Below, one piece after another: positions 27,970-37,380 of a stretch of 64,000 nucleotides of DNA. The first letter of the stretch is position 1, and the number at the start of each line of letters is the position of its first letter. The notes beneath the pieces were generated by a model, which saw only the letters and a list, made by a program, of their open reading frames with translations, had not been told where the DNA came from and searched no databases. The DNA lies in contig VMGC01000003.1 in NCBI GenBank assembly GCA_007376385.1, forward strand, positions 37,271 through 101,270, read 5' to 3'. The position numbers were made by a program, and so were the translations under genes. This DNA is from Parcubacteria group bacterium Gr01-1014_8 (GTDB lineage: Bacteria > Patescibacteriota > Minisyncoccia > Phycocordibacterales > UBA2100).

Positions 27970-29295
27970 TTAGTAGACAATGCTCACGCCGACTGTGTCT
28001 GTTGACGAAAGATTAGAACCGCGCTTAAGAGTTATCGTATAGTTGCCAGCATCGGTATACGTATGCGAGAGCTGCTTGGTGACGGAACCGCTGCTACAGC
28101 TGCCTTGAGATTGACTCGCGTGCGTTGAACCATCTCCCCAGTCCAGATCATACCTGGTACAACTGCTCGAGAGTTCAAAATCCGCCCGAACGCTGAACTC
28201 ATCGCCACTACCTGACGGACTTACTGAGAAATATCCTCCTCCCTGGCCAGTGCCTCCCCCAACAGCAATCGAGACATTCCGCAGCTCCGACGAACCAAGT
28301 TTCAACCGAGCAAGATAATTACTCGAGGAATTATAGACATGATTTATTGAGAACGAGTTTGAACTGCAGTTATTTATGTTGATGTTCGTCGATTGTCCGT
28401 CGCCAAAATCGACGGAATACACACCGGGATTGCAGGCACCCGCAGAATTGACGAGCCCAGAGAACATTACCGAAAGAGGTGCGTCCCCTGACGTTGGCGA
28501 AGCAGACAGTGAATCGCCAGACGGATTCGGGTTCGAGGAACCTGTTACGGCCACCGTGGCATTTATCTGCTGCGTCCCGGAGCGAAGCGTAACTACGAAC
28601 GTCCCGCCGCTGCTGTATGTATGATTTATCAGCTGCCGGATCTCTGCGCACGCGTTCGCAGGCACGTTGATAGGCACGCGAGGAGCGCTATCGCCAAAGT
28701 CGAGCTCGTACGACACCGCGGCACATGATTTCGTCGTGTTGACAGTCACATCAACCGAAACAGGAAGCGGCGCTGGTCCTGATATCGGAGAAACGCGCAT
28801 AAAGCCGCCTGCATTTGCGGTCGCATCAGGGCACTGCAGTGCAAGGAGCGCAGCGGTACGTGGTCCAGTAACACCGAATCCCGTCTCCCCCGGGGAGCCA
28901 TCGCACACGATCTTATTTTTGCATTGGAATCGTTTGATGGCCGCCTCTGTGAGAGGACCATAGTAGCCGCTCACCTGCGCTTCTGGGTATACGGAAGGAT
29001 CAAGCGCAAGGAATCTCTGTAGGCGCGCCACATCATCGCCGGAGCTGCCAAGTTTGAGCGAACGCGAAATATAAGGACACTGAACATTACCCGATTGGAT
29101 CGGGGCGCCGCCCGTTGGCTGTGCCTGCGGATTGACGCCAAGCTGAGTTTGGAGTGCTTCTATCTGTCTAAGAAGCGCTTCGATCTGGACGCGAAGTTCA
29201 TCTGCCGTGAGCGCATACGAAACTAGAGGCAAAGACACGAGGAACAGGAACGCGAGCGCCATCTTCTTCATCCCCCTCATTGTCGCATGCCACAA
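27970..29295 (-). CDS. secreted protein: signal peptide, coiled coil, peptidoglycan-binding domain and three PKD-like repeats
   Basis: A PG_binding_1-like segment (DDVARLQRFLALD...YYGPLTEAAIKRFQ) and three repeats carrying DFGDG/DWGDG ... H(T/V)Y PKD hallmarks. Confidence 0.65.
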   Translation of the reverse strand: MWHATMRGMKKMALAFLFLVSLPLVSYALTADELRVQIEALLRQIEALQTQLGVNPQAQPTGGAPIQSGNVQCPYISRSLKLGSSGDDVARLQRFLALDPSVYPEAQVSGYYGPLTEAAIKRFQCKNKIVCDGSPGETGFGVTGPRTAALLALQCPDATANAGGFMRVSPISGPAPLPVSVDVTVNTTKSCAAVSYELDFGDSAPRVPINVPANACAEIRQLINHTYSSGGTFVVTLRSGTQQINATVAVTGSSNPNPSGDSLSASPTSGDAPLSVMFSGLVNSAGACNPGVYSVDFGDGQSTNININNCSSNSFSINHVYNSSSNYLARLKLGSSELRNVSIAVGGGTGQGGGYFSVSPSGSGDEFSVRADFELSSSCTRYDLDWGDGSTHASQSQGSCSSGSVTKQLSHTYTDAGNYTITLKRGSNLSSTDTVGVSIVY

Positions 29296-29327
29296 CCGAC
29301 GCGCAATAAGAAATACACACTATAACC

Positions 29328-29666
29328 TTAAAGCTTAAAATACTTTTTAACCGCCGCAACATCCCCCGCTATCGCGGCTTTCAGGCTTTCTTCTGTATCA
29401 AATTGCGTTGTCTCCCGAATTTTTTCGCGTAGTTCGACGGAAATCTCTTTACCGTATAGATCACCGCTGAAATCAGGCAAATATGCTTCGAGCACTTTCC
29501 TTTCCTTATTCGCAAAGACGGCCGCAACATACGTCCTTCCATCTACGCGTACCTGAGCAGCGTAAACGCCGGAGAAATCGCCCTCAAGCGGAATATTGGC
29601 CGTAGGGAATCCAAGGGTGGCACCATACCCCTTTCCTTTTTGTACGATGCCGGAGAATTTTTTCAT
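29328..29666 (-). CDS. riboflavin kinase (monofunctional, ORF track start 29702)
   Basis: GFPTAN flavokinase motif and E...VEL...R signature, about 112 aa. Confidence 0.6.
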   Translation of the reverse strand: MKKFSGIVQKGKGYGATLGFPTANIPLEGDFSGVYAAQVRVDGRTYVAAVFANKERKVLEAYLPDFSGDLYGKEISVELREKIRETTQFDTEESLKAAIAGDVAAVKKYFKL

Positions 29667-29912
29667 AACAATCCGCCCACAAGGACACTTTGGAAACACC
29701 ACAAGAGTACTTCAGAAAATATACTCGTGCCACTCGTTATTTTCTTGGTCACACCTCAAGGGTACTTCCATTTTTCTAAGCCGGAGTACCGGCAAGAAAA
29801 ATTGGTCGCCCACGGTTTTCCAACGGGCTTCGCCCTGCCTTCCTCCACGGGAAACAAAGTGTTTCCCCGACCCCCTTCCTGTCCAAGCGGGCGTCCATTC
29901 ATTTCATTCATG

Positions 29913-29986
29913 TCCGCCCGCTTGGACTCGAACCAAGGACCCTCGAGGTATAAGCTCGATGCTCTAACCAACTGAGCTACGGGCGG
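29913..29986 (-). tRNA. tRNA-Ile (anticodon UAU, reads AUA)
   Basis: Acceptor CCGCCCG/CGGGCGG, anticodon stem ATCGA/TCGAG, loop CTTATAC (anticodon TAT), T-arm CTTGG-TTCGAGT-CCAAG. Confidence 0.65.
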
Positions 29987-30104
29987 AAGTGAGGAGCAAT
30001 GTGCCAGCTCTTGAGCTCGCATATTGTCCGAACGCCCCGTCCGTATGGATTTCGTATACGGGCGGAGTGAACTCACGGATTATAGTCAGCCTGCGCCACT
30101 CGCG

Positions 30105-31073
30105 CTAGCGTATCAACTCCGAAAGCGACTTGCCTTCGTGCAACCGTTCGATCCCCTGCGCAACGAGTTCCGCAAGAGGAAGCACCGTAATTTTCACGCG
30201 TTTTGATTTTAGAAGTTCCGGGTCATGAGGAATCGAATCGGTAACGATAACTTCATCGACGGCAGAATCGTCAAAAGCTTCAATGACCTTCCTTGGATTC
30301 GACGCGAACACGGCATGCGTTGCGTAGCAGAAGATCTTTTTTGCGCCCGCTTCTTTTGCCGCCTCTGCATCGGCAATCATCGTGCCGCCCGAATCGATTA
30401 TGTCATCTACAAATAGCACGTCTTTCCCCTCAACAGAGCCGATTATTTTTATAGACTCACGCTTTACCTGTCCGGGAGCAGAACGGCTTTTAGAAAAGAC
30501 CACGAAATCTTCATGCCCGAGCCTTCTGGCGTACGCTTCTGCGCGCACCGCGTTTTTATCAGGAGACGCCACGATTGAAGACTCCGAGAGAATATTTTTC
30601 AAATATGGAACCGTCACTGACGACGAATAGAGATGATCAACCATCAGAGGATGAAAAAAACCAGCGGTCGGTTCCGAATGAACGTCAAAAAGAAGTGCTC
30701 TATCGGCGCCTGAATGCGCGAGGAAATCGATGATGACCCTTGCGCTCGTCGCGACACGCGGCCTGTCTTTGCGGTCTTGCCGATTATAGCCAAGGTAGGT
30801 GGGAACAAGCGTGATCCTTCCGGCTGACGAATCGTGCGCGGCTTCCGCAAGAAGCACCATCTCAAGGATGTTTTCTGCAGGCGGGTTAGTCGGGTTAATG
30901 ATGAATACATCCGTGTCTCGCACGTTCTCCAGTATCTGCACGCGCACCTCGCCGTCATTGAACCTCGCGACCTGTGCTTCGCCGAGCTTAATACCAAGGC
31001 GCTTACACACTGCCTCTCCCATCGCTTGCCCGGCAACTCCGGTAAATATTTTGATGGGCCTGTCGTGGTTCAT
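30105..31073 (-). CDS. prs: ribose-phosphate pyrophosphokinase (coordinates ±1-2 nt)
   Basis: PRPP-binding loop VDDIIDSGGTM and the Prs N-terminal domain. The ORF track gives a TTG start at 31112, and the ATG start is about 13 codons in. Confidence 0.9.
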   Translation of the reverse strand: MNHDRPIKIFTGVAGQAMGEAVCKRLGIKLGEAQVARFNDGEVRVQILENVRDTDVFIINPTNPPAENILEMVLLAEAAHDSSAGRITLVPTYLGYNRQDRKDRPRVATSARVIIDFLAHSGADRALLFDVHSEPTAGFFHPLMVDHLYSSSVTVPYLKNILSESSIVASPDKNAVRAEAYARRLGHEDFVVFSKSRSAPGQVKRESIKIIGSVEGKDVLFVDDIIDSGGTMIADAEAAKEAGAKKIFCYATHAVFASNPRKVIEAFDDSAVDEVIVTDSIPHDPELLKSKRVKITVLPLAELVAQGIERLHEGKSLSELIR

Positions 31074-31080
31074 GTACCCC

Positions 31081-32229
31081 TTAGCGTACCGCCTTTGCCA
31101 CCTGCTTTGCAACCCGTTTATCGAACATATCGGGGAGAATTTTTTGCGTTCCTGGTTTTTTTATGAGACCTGCAATGGCCTTCGCCGCTTTTATTTTCAT
31201 CTCGTCGGTGATCCGTCTCACACGGTTGTCGAGAGCCCCGCGAAAGACTCCTGGAAACGCGAGTGAATTATTGACCTGGTTCGGGAAATCAGAGCGACCT
31301 GTTGCGATCACCTTTGCTCCTCCCTTTTTCGCTTCATCAGGCATTATCTCAGGCAACGGGTTTGCCATCGCAAAGATGATCGGGTCTCGCGCCATTTTCT
31401 TTATCATTGCTGCGTTGATAACGCCCGGTCTCGAAAGTCCCAGAAACACATCCGAATTTATGAGAGCTTTAGAAAGATCTCCTCCGCTCTCCGCAAAAAT
31501 AGTCTTGTTTCTTATGAGCTCTTTCTTCGTGGAATTGAGGTCATCTCGCCCGCTCCAAACGATACCCGTACTGTCGACAGCGAGTATCTTCACTTTTGGC
31601 GCATATCGCTTCAACAGCCGCATCGTCGCAACTCCTGCCGCACCAACGCCGCTTACCGTCAACGTGCATTTGTTCATATCTTTTTTCACGACTTTCATCG
31701 AATTGATGAGCCCTGCTAGTACGACTATTGCCGTTCCATGCTGGTCGTCATGCATGACCGGTATGTCAAGCGCGTCGATGACCCTCTGTTCGATCTCAAA
31801 ACATTTCGGCGCCGCAATGTCTTCCAAGTTGATACCGCCGAATGCCGGAGCGATGCGGATCACCGTATCCACGATGGCATCCGCGTCTTGGGTATCGAGA
31901 ACTATAGGTACAGCGTCGACATCTGCGAACGTCTTAAAAAGCGCGCATTTCCCCTCCATCACAGGGAGCGCGCCCAGCGCGCCAATATTTCCCAGCCCTA
32001 GTACCGCCGATCCGTCTGATATAACGGCGACCATGCGGCCTTTCATTGTATAGATGCGGGCATCCTGCTTATGCTTTGCTACGTGGCTGGATACCGCAGC
32101 AACACCCGGCGTATACACAAGGGATAGGTCGGCTCGATTCCTCACGGGAGCGGCCGGCAGTATTCGTATCTTTCCGCCAAGTTTCTTGTGAAGTGCGAGA
32201 GCCTTTTTGGCGTTGTCATTTTTTTTCAT
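31081..32229 (-). CDS. NAD(P)-dependent malic enzyme (ORF track start 32298)
   Basis: Malic-enzyme N-terminal domain (YTPGVA...GLGNIG) and an NAD-binding domain, about 380 aa. Confidence 0.85.
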   Translation of the reverse strand: MKKNDNAKKALALHKKLGGKIRILPAAPVRNRADLSLVYTPGVAAVSSHVAKHKQDARIYTMKGRMVAVISDGSAVLGLGNIGALGALPVMEGKCALFKTFADVDAVPIVLDTQDADAIVDTVIRIAPAFGGINLEDIAAPKCFEIEQRVIDALDIPVMHDDQHGTAIVVLAGLINSMKVVKKDMNKCTLTVSGVGAAGVATMRLLKRYAPKVKILAVDSTGIVWSGRDDLNSTKKELIRNKTIFAESGGDLSKALINSDVFLGLSRPGVINAAMIKKMARDPIIFAMANPLPEIMPDEAKKGGAKVIATGRSDFPNQVNNSLAFPGVFRGALDNRVRRITDEMKIKAAKAIAGLIKKPGTQKILPDMFDKRVAKQVAKAVR

Positions 32230-32236
32230 ACCGAGA

Positions 32237-33631
32237 CTATATACGTTTTCCGCGAAAAAATACAGCCTCCACGCTTCCTGGCATTTCTCTGCCTTCAAGC
32301 GCTGACCATTTCACTTTTGTTTTGAGGTCCTCGCGCCGCACCTTTGTTTTTCTCTTTAGGTTCAACACAGTAAGGGAGCCGACAAAACCTTTTTTAACTT
32401 CACCGAACCCCTTCCCAAAATTTTGCTTTGGAAATTGTCTTTTTAGGAAAGGACTGACAAATTTCCCCGGATAGTATGCGGCTACCCGTGCGATATCTTG
32501 TGAAGTGAATCCACATTCGTTCATAAGCCACGCGCAAACCAGTCCATACGTATCAAGCCACGGCGCTCCGCTGTGATTATTCTCGCAGCACGTGGCGAAA
32601 AACAATTCTTTGTCTTTCTTTTTTATGTTTTCTGCTATTTCTTTGTTGTTTTTTCCCGGATACTCATTTGTGAATTTAGTGAATGCAGAAAATTTCTCCT
32701 CTTCGGTGTGGGGCGCATGGTCTGTGGCAAGAAATTGGATAAACCCATCTTTCAGCCCTTTGATCAAGGCCTTCCGGTGCCCCGGCGCCTGTATAGCAGG
32801 GTTCATCTGAATTTTCGTCCATAACGACGGATCAGCGTCGGTCATTGATGTATCGAACAGAAGGTGCAGCGGAGAAACTTCAAGCACAATGTCTGCTCCG
32901 CGCTTTCTTGCGGCTGTTATCATTTTGAAACTTATCCCCCCGATGGACCAATGACACAGTTTCGCTCGAATGTTGTATTTTTCGATGAGCGGAAGCAGTA
33001 TTTTTAACCCTTCGTTCACGCACTCAAGCGGACGCCGTTCAGTATGTGTCTTCCCTGCTACATGCGCCTGAACTATCGGTTCATACTCGACATGGAACGA
33101 CACATAATGGTGTTTATACTTGGCAAGAATTGCATCAAGCTCATCTCCATACGTTACCGTGAGGTCGCCTACTGATTTTCCAAAATATAATTTGTAGAAA
33201 TTCTCCCCGGGCTTGCCGAGCGGCTTCGTTTTCGGATCGATGCCAAGATAATTCAGGATAGAAACGGGGTGCGCGAGCTGCTTAACCCTGGCTCTGTGCC
33301 ATGTCCATTGTTCTTTGCCTACAACGGGATTTGGGGTATTAGGCATCGCACTCACATGCACGACTCCTCCACTCAGCGCAGCATCCGCCGCTGTTTTGTA
33401 GTCTTCTTTATAGACCTGCTTTCCCGTGTCGTCCTCGCGGGCGTGTATGTGCACGTCTCCGAAACCAGCAAATAGTAAACAATCATCGTTGAAAATATAG
33501 GTCGCCTTTAAACCCTTTCCTCGCTTAGAGACATTTAGTATGAGACCCGTCTTGCTATCAATTTCTACAACTCCCCGGTAAGGCTTTTTATCATGCCCTG
33601 CGATCATCCCCTCGATGGTGACCGTCTTCAT
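32237..33631 (-). CDS. pyrC: dihydroorotase-like cyclic amidohydrolase (ORF track start 33751)
   Basis: Metal-binding motif DVHIHAR at the N-terminus and ATDHAPH near the C-terminus. A Lys-rich C-terminal tail follows. Confidence 0.7.
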   Translation of the reverse strand: MKTVTIEGMIAGHDKKPYRGVVEIDSKTGLILNVSKRGKGLKATYIFNDDCLLFAGFGDVHIHAREDDTGKQVYKEDYKTAADAALSGGVVHVSAMPNTPNPVVGKEQWTWHRARVKQLAHPVSILNYLGIDPKTKPLGKPGENFYKLYFGKSVGDLTVTYGDELDAILAKYKHHYVSFHVEYEPIVQAHVAGKTHTERRPLECVNEGLKILLPLIEKYNIRAKLCHWSIGGISFKMITAARKRGADIVLEVSPLHLLFDTSMTDADPSLWTKIQMNPAIQAPGHRKALIKGLKDGFIQFLATDHAPHTEEEKFSAFTKFTNEYPGKNNKEIAENIKKKDKELFFATCCENNHSGAPWLDTYGLVCAWLMNECGFTSQDIARVAAYYPGKFVSPFLKRQFPKQNFGKGFGEVKKGFVGSLTVLNLKRKTKVRREDLKTKVKWSALEGREMPGSVEAVFFRGKRI

Positions 33632-33680
33632 TAGTCGCCATTTAAGCACAGCGCCGCAGCAAGTGCCACACGTGAAATTA

Positions 33681-33956
33681 TTACCCCCACCACGCTTCCC
33701 CTTTTTTAGGCTTGAACCCAACTTCAAGGGCGCGGTTATTTGCGATAGCACGCAACTCTTCTTTCGCCTGAAAATTAGTCATCAAATCTGATCTTAAAAT
33801 GTCTCTCTTCAGAGCATCAAGCGCATGCAGCGTATGCGCCAGTTTCAATTTACCCGTGAAATCCTTTATATGACTCTGCACAGACTTTGAGTAGTTGTTA
33901 TGGACAGCGCTGGCGAGAAACTCATCGGAAGGTTCGGGCATCGAACGATCAACCAT
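33681..33956 (-). CDS. hypothetical small protein
   Basis: ORF only. No motif. Confidence 0.25.
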   Translation of the reverse strand: MVDRSMPEPSDEFLASAVHNNYSKSVQSHIKDFTGKLKLAHTLHALDALKRDILRSDLMTNFQAKEELRAIANNRALEVGFKPKKGEAWWG

Positions 33957-34106
33957 GCTCAGAGTATACCCCGTGAGATAGAGATATAGCGATTGCAATG
34001 AGCAGACGAGCTATTTCTGAAATAATTACTGGTGAAATATGACGAGCCGTTATCTCATGGGGTATACGCCCTATCGGAACCGGCTCACGCAGGGAAGTGG
34101 ACAGTT

Positions 34107-36098
34107 TTAAACAAGCGGCTGATGCTCGATGTCTTCCTTCTTTTTTGGAACAATTCCGTGCGCGATGAGGATCTTTTCGAATTCTTCTCGTTCGATGGTC
34201 TCGACTTCAATGAGTTGCTTTGCGATAGCGTCCAAAACCTTGCGATATTTCTTCATGACGTCTTCTGCCCGCTTGTATGCGCCCTCGACTATCTTTTTCA
34301 CTTCCGAATCTATCGCGGCTGATACTTCCTCCGATAACTCTCCGGGTTCGATACCAGCACCAAAAAGTGTCCGGCCAGGCGCAGCTTCGAGCGCGACGGG
34401 CCCCATCTTGTCCGACATACCATACTTGGTGACCATGTCGCGCGCCAGCGCTGAGAGAACCTGCAGGTCATTTGATGCTCCTGTCGTGATGTCGTTGAAG
34501 ATCATCTTTTCTGCGATGTACCCGCCAAGAGAAACAGCGATATCATCCAAAAATTCCAGTTTCGATTGCATGCGTCGGTCTTCAAGCGGAAGTTTGAGCG
34601 TGTATCCTGCAGCGCGCCCGCGCGAAATGATAGAAACTTTGTGTACGGGGTCCGCATACGTCAAGACCGACGCAATGAGCGCATGTCCCGCCTCGTGATA
34701 CGCCGTTATCTCCTTCTCTTTCTTGTTAAGCACGTGGCTCCGCCTCTCTGGTCCAAGCATCACCTTCTCTATCGAACGAATGAGGTCGTATTGTGTCACT
34801 TCCTTTCTGTCCTCGCGCGCAGCAAGGATTGCAGCCTCATTCATAAGATTCGCCAAGTCCGCGCCTGAAAACCCCGGGGTTCTCTCTGCAATGACCATAA
34901 GATTCGTATCCGGCCCCATCGGTTTCTGCCTCGCGTGTATCTTGAGGATCGCTTCGCGATCCGACCTGTCCGGCAGATCGATAGTTACCCGCCTGTCGAA
35001 TCGCCCGGGACGAAGCAGAGCGGGATCAAGCACGTCCGGACGGTTCGATGCCGCCATGACGATAACTTTTTCATTCGGTTCAAATCCATCCATCTCGACG
35101 AGTATTTGGTTCAACGTCTGTTCGCGCTCATCATTTCCCCCTCCCACTCCAGAACCACGAACTCGCCCGACAGCGTCTATCTCATCCATGAACACAATGG
35201 CCGGTGCGGCTTTTTTCGCGGTTTGAAATAAGTCACGTACGCGCGAAGCGCCGACACCCACGAACATCTCCACAAATTCAGAACCGGATATTGAAAAGAA
35301 AGGAACACCTGCTTCACCCGCAACCGCTCGTGCTAAGAGCGTCTTTCCTGTTCCAGGCGCGCCCATCAAGAGAACACCCTTGGGGATACGCGCGCCTATC
35401 TGAATGAACTTTTTTGGATTCTTCAAAAAGTCGACTATCTCTGCAAGTTCCGCTTTTGCTTCTTTTGCACCGGCAACATCTGCGAACGTAACTTTTTGAA
35501 CCGTATCTTCCGGAGAAATAAGACGAGCCATCGAGCGACCAAAAGTGAATGCTTGCATGCCGGCACCCCTCACCTGCCTTGAAAGGAACCACATGATGCC
35601 AAGAAGAAGCAAAACCGGGATTAAAAGCGGCGCGAGCGTGAGAAACCAAAAGCGCGCGCCGCCCTGGTCCTGTATCTCTATCTTTATTGCCGCAATCTCC
35701 TCCGGTGAAAGTCCGTAACGCGCTAAGGTCTCGGTAAGCGGCGCCTCTCCTTCCTTCTGCGAAGTTTTTTCACTTTCATCTTTGTATGTTGCCTTGATAG
35801 TGTCACCTTCAACGGTGAGAGACACTACTTTGTCATCGCGAATGTCATTGGCAAGCTGCGATATTGCTATCTCATCCGCCCCGCTCTCAATATATTTGCG
35901 AACTGCCGAATAGCCCGCTGAAAGTACGAGAAAAACTGCGAACGCAACTGCTAGCTGCATCCAAATACCCGGTCCTTCCGACGGAGGAACGGCGGGTTTT
36001 TTCCCTTTTTTTCCGTGCAGATCGCCCGGAGTCATTTCTTCGGACATAGACAGCGCATTATACATAAATAGCTTGTCGCAGCTAGTTTGCGGCGACAA
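34107..36098 (-). CDS. ftsH: ATP-dependent zinc metalloprotease FtsH
   Basis: Two N-terminal TM helices, AAA Walker [20 protein letters not shown] zinc motif. 663 aa. Confidence 0.95.
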   Translation of the reverse strand: MSPQTSCDKLFMYNALSMSEEMTPGDLHGKKGKKPAVPPSEGPGIWMQLAVAFAVFLVLSAGYSAVRKYIESGADEIAISQLANDIRDDKVVSLTVEGDTIKATYKDESEKTSQKEGEAPLTETLARYGLSPEEIAAIKIEIQDQGGARFWFLTLAPLLIPVLLLLGIMWFLSRQVRGAGMQAFTFGRSMARLISPEDTVQKVTFADVAGAKEAKAELAEIVDFLKNPKKFIQIGARIPKGVLLMGAPGTGKTLLARAVAGEAGVPFFSISGSEFVEMFVGVGASRVRDLFQTAKKAAPAIVFMDEIDAVGRVRGSGVGGGNDEREQTLNQILVEMDGFEPNEKVIVMAASNRPDVLDPALLRPGRFDRRVTIDLPDRSDREAILKIHARQKPMGPDTNLMVIAERTPGFSGADLANLMNEAAILAAREDRKEVTQYDLIRSIEKVMLGPERRSHVLNKKEKEITAYHEAGHALIASVLTYADPVHKVSIISRGRAAGYTLKLPLEDRRMQSKLEFLDDIAVSLGGYIAEKMIFNDITTGASNDLQVLSALARDMVTKYGMSDKMGPVALEAAPGRTLFGAGIEPGELSEEVSAAIDSEVKKIVEGAYKRAEDVMKKYRKVLDAIAKQLIEVETIEREEFEKILIAHGIVPKKKEDIEHQPLV

Positions 36099-36154
36099 GA
36101 AAAGATAAAGAAAATGGTAAAGAAATTACCTGTAGTTCAGGTTATAGTGTCGTC

Positions 36155-36598
36155 ATGTCGCTGATAGATAACAAGCGCGGGCTCTTCGATTACTCGGTTC
36201 TTGAAGAACTCGAGGCTGGTATCGAGTTGTTTGGCTGCGAAGTGAAATCTCTTAGAAACAAACAAGGCTCCTTGAAAGGCGCTCGCGTCGTTGCGCGCGG
36301 CGGCGAAGCATATCTTGTTGGCGCTACCATACCTGCATGGCAAATGGCGAACGCCCCCAAGAGCTATGATCCGGAGCGACCGCGCCGATTGCTCTTAAAT
36401 CAGAAGGAAATCGCCCATATTGCCTCCGCAGAGGGGGAAAAGGGATTGACAGCAGTGCCGATTTCAGTGTATAATAGAGGGCAACGATTGAAGCTCGGCA
36501 TTGCTATCGCGCGCGGGAGGAAAAAAGAAGATAAACGTCATACAATACGTGCGCGCGAGGAGGAAAGAAGGATCGAGAGAACGAAAAAGCGGAAATAG
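36155..36598 (+). CDS. smpB: SsrA-binding protein
   Basis: SmpB fold with a K/R-rich C-terminal tail. The tmRNA gene lies 290 nt downstream. Confidence 0.9.
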   Translation: MSLIDNKRGLFDYSVLEELEAGIELFGCEVKSLRNKQGSLKGARVVARGGEAYLVGATIPAWQMANAPKSYDPERPRRLLLNQKEIAHIASAEGEKGLTAVPISVYNRGQRLKLGIAIARGRKKEDKRHTIRAREEERRIERTKKRK

Positions 36599-36634
36599 TT
36601 TGCGGATTTGGATGGACACTGAGGGAGACTGAAG

Positions 36635-36775
36635 ATGGACGACGAACTGCTGTTTATACTCATCGTTATCGTAGGAATCCTACTCTGTGTGGCATCTCCT
36701 TGGTGTATAGAGATATACACCTGGGTTAAGGGGAAGAGCGAATCTCTTTTCCGGGTCTTGCGACTAAAAGAGTAG
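36635..36775 (+). CDS. 46-aa hydrophobic small protein (hypothetical)
   Basis: GAGGGAG Shine-Dalgarno 8 nt before the ATG. One TM helix. Not in the ORF track (<60 aa). Confidence 0.3.
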   Translation: MDDELLFILIVIVGILLCVASPWCIEIYTWVKGKSESLFRVLRLKE

Positions 36776-36889
36776 CCCGTGCGGACGATCGAGGGCCACC
36801 CGGTCGTCTGCCTGTCCAAATTCGGAAACAGTTCTTTGAAAATTAAACAGCCAGTCCCCACCTCTGAACCTGAATCAGGTTCAGAGGTG

Positions 36890-37277
36890 GGGGGTGACTG
36901 GTTTCGACAGGAAATTCAATGTGCTTGTGTGCAAGACGGAAGTGAGAACCTTCCTAAAAAATCTCAAACTCTAAGTGCAAACAAAACTGCACGGGGGGTT
37001 CTTTCGCCGATTCAGGCGAAAGACCTCGGCCTCGTTTTCGCTTAATCGCCCAAACGACCGTTCGTTCAGCGGGTACTCGATACCGTTGACGCGAGCGTCA
37101 TAACCATCGAGTCCGGTTTCTATTTCACTCCGAGTAGAGACTTAAAGAAAGAGAGTTAGCCGACGTATGCTTTCGTTCATCTTCTACATACATCGGCGAA
37201 TCTTCAAGATGAACTACGTCTTGTAGACGCGCCTGTGCATCATTTCTTGGACTCGAGTTCAATTCTCGACACCTCCA
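36890..37277 (+). ncRNA. ssrA: tmRNA (one-piece SsrA); tag ORF 36977-37045 encodes ANKTARGVLSPIQAKDLGLVFA
   Basis: 5' end GGGGGTGACTGGTTTCGACAGG, tRNA-like T-arm TCGAG-TTCAATT-CTCGA, 3' acceptor CACCTCCA pairing with the 5' end including the G3:U70 Ala identity pair. Resume codon GCA in an AAAAAATCTCAAACTCTAAGT|GCAAAC context like E. coli. Confidence 0.8.
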
Positions 37278-37335
37278 CTCGATTCGCCTCTCGCTAACGC
37301 TTGAGGCTCGCTCGTGGCAAGCCACCAGTCAATAC

Positions 37336-37362
37336 AAAAACCGCCAAAGATGGCGGTTTTTG
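37336..37362. terminator. bidirectional intrinsic terminator (AAAAACCGCC-AAAGAT-GGCGGTTTTT)
   Basis: Perfect stem with A5/T5 flanks. It terminates tmRNA on the plus strand and the Cys-rich ORF on the minus strand. Confidence 0.6.
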
Positions 37363-37380
37363 TATGTGAACACGTTAATT

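Noticed and set aside
29756-30076. ORF 29756-30076(-) and 29596-29975(+)
   Set aside because: They overlap tRNA-Ile and its flanking inverted repeat, so they are spurious.
31020-31081. Apparent 1-nt discrepancy between my reading of the printed C-runs (31017-31021 and 31077-31080) and the ORF-track translations of prs and overlapping ORFs
   Set aside because: Most likely my own transcription or indexing slip across a line break. The ORF-track coordinates agree with the sequence at all other checkpoints, so it is not treated as a biological frameshift.
36857-36900. Possibility that ssrA is a circularly permuted (two-piece) tmRNA because acceptor-like CCCCACCTCT precedes GGGGGTG
   Set aside because: A complete T-arm and acceptor 3' strand (…TCGAG-TTCAATT-CTCGA-CACCTCCA) lies about 380 nt downstream in standard order. 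The upstream element is just a hairpin.
36538-37045. ORFs 36538-36861(-) and 36779-37045(+) as proteins
   Set aside because: The region is the tmRNA gene and its upstream hairpin. Only the 22-codon tag frame inside 36779-37045 is meaningful.
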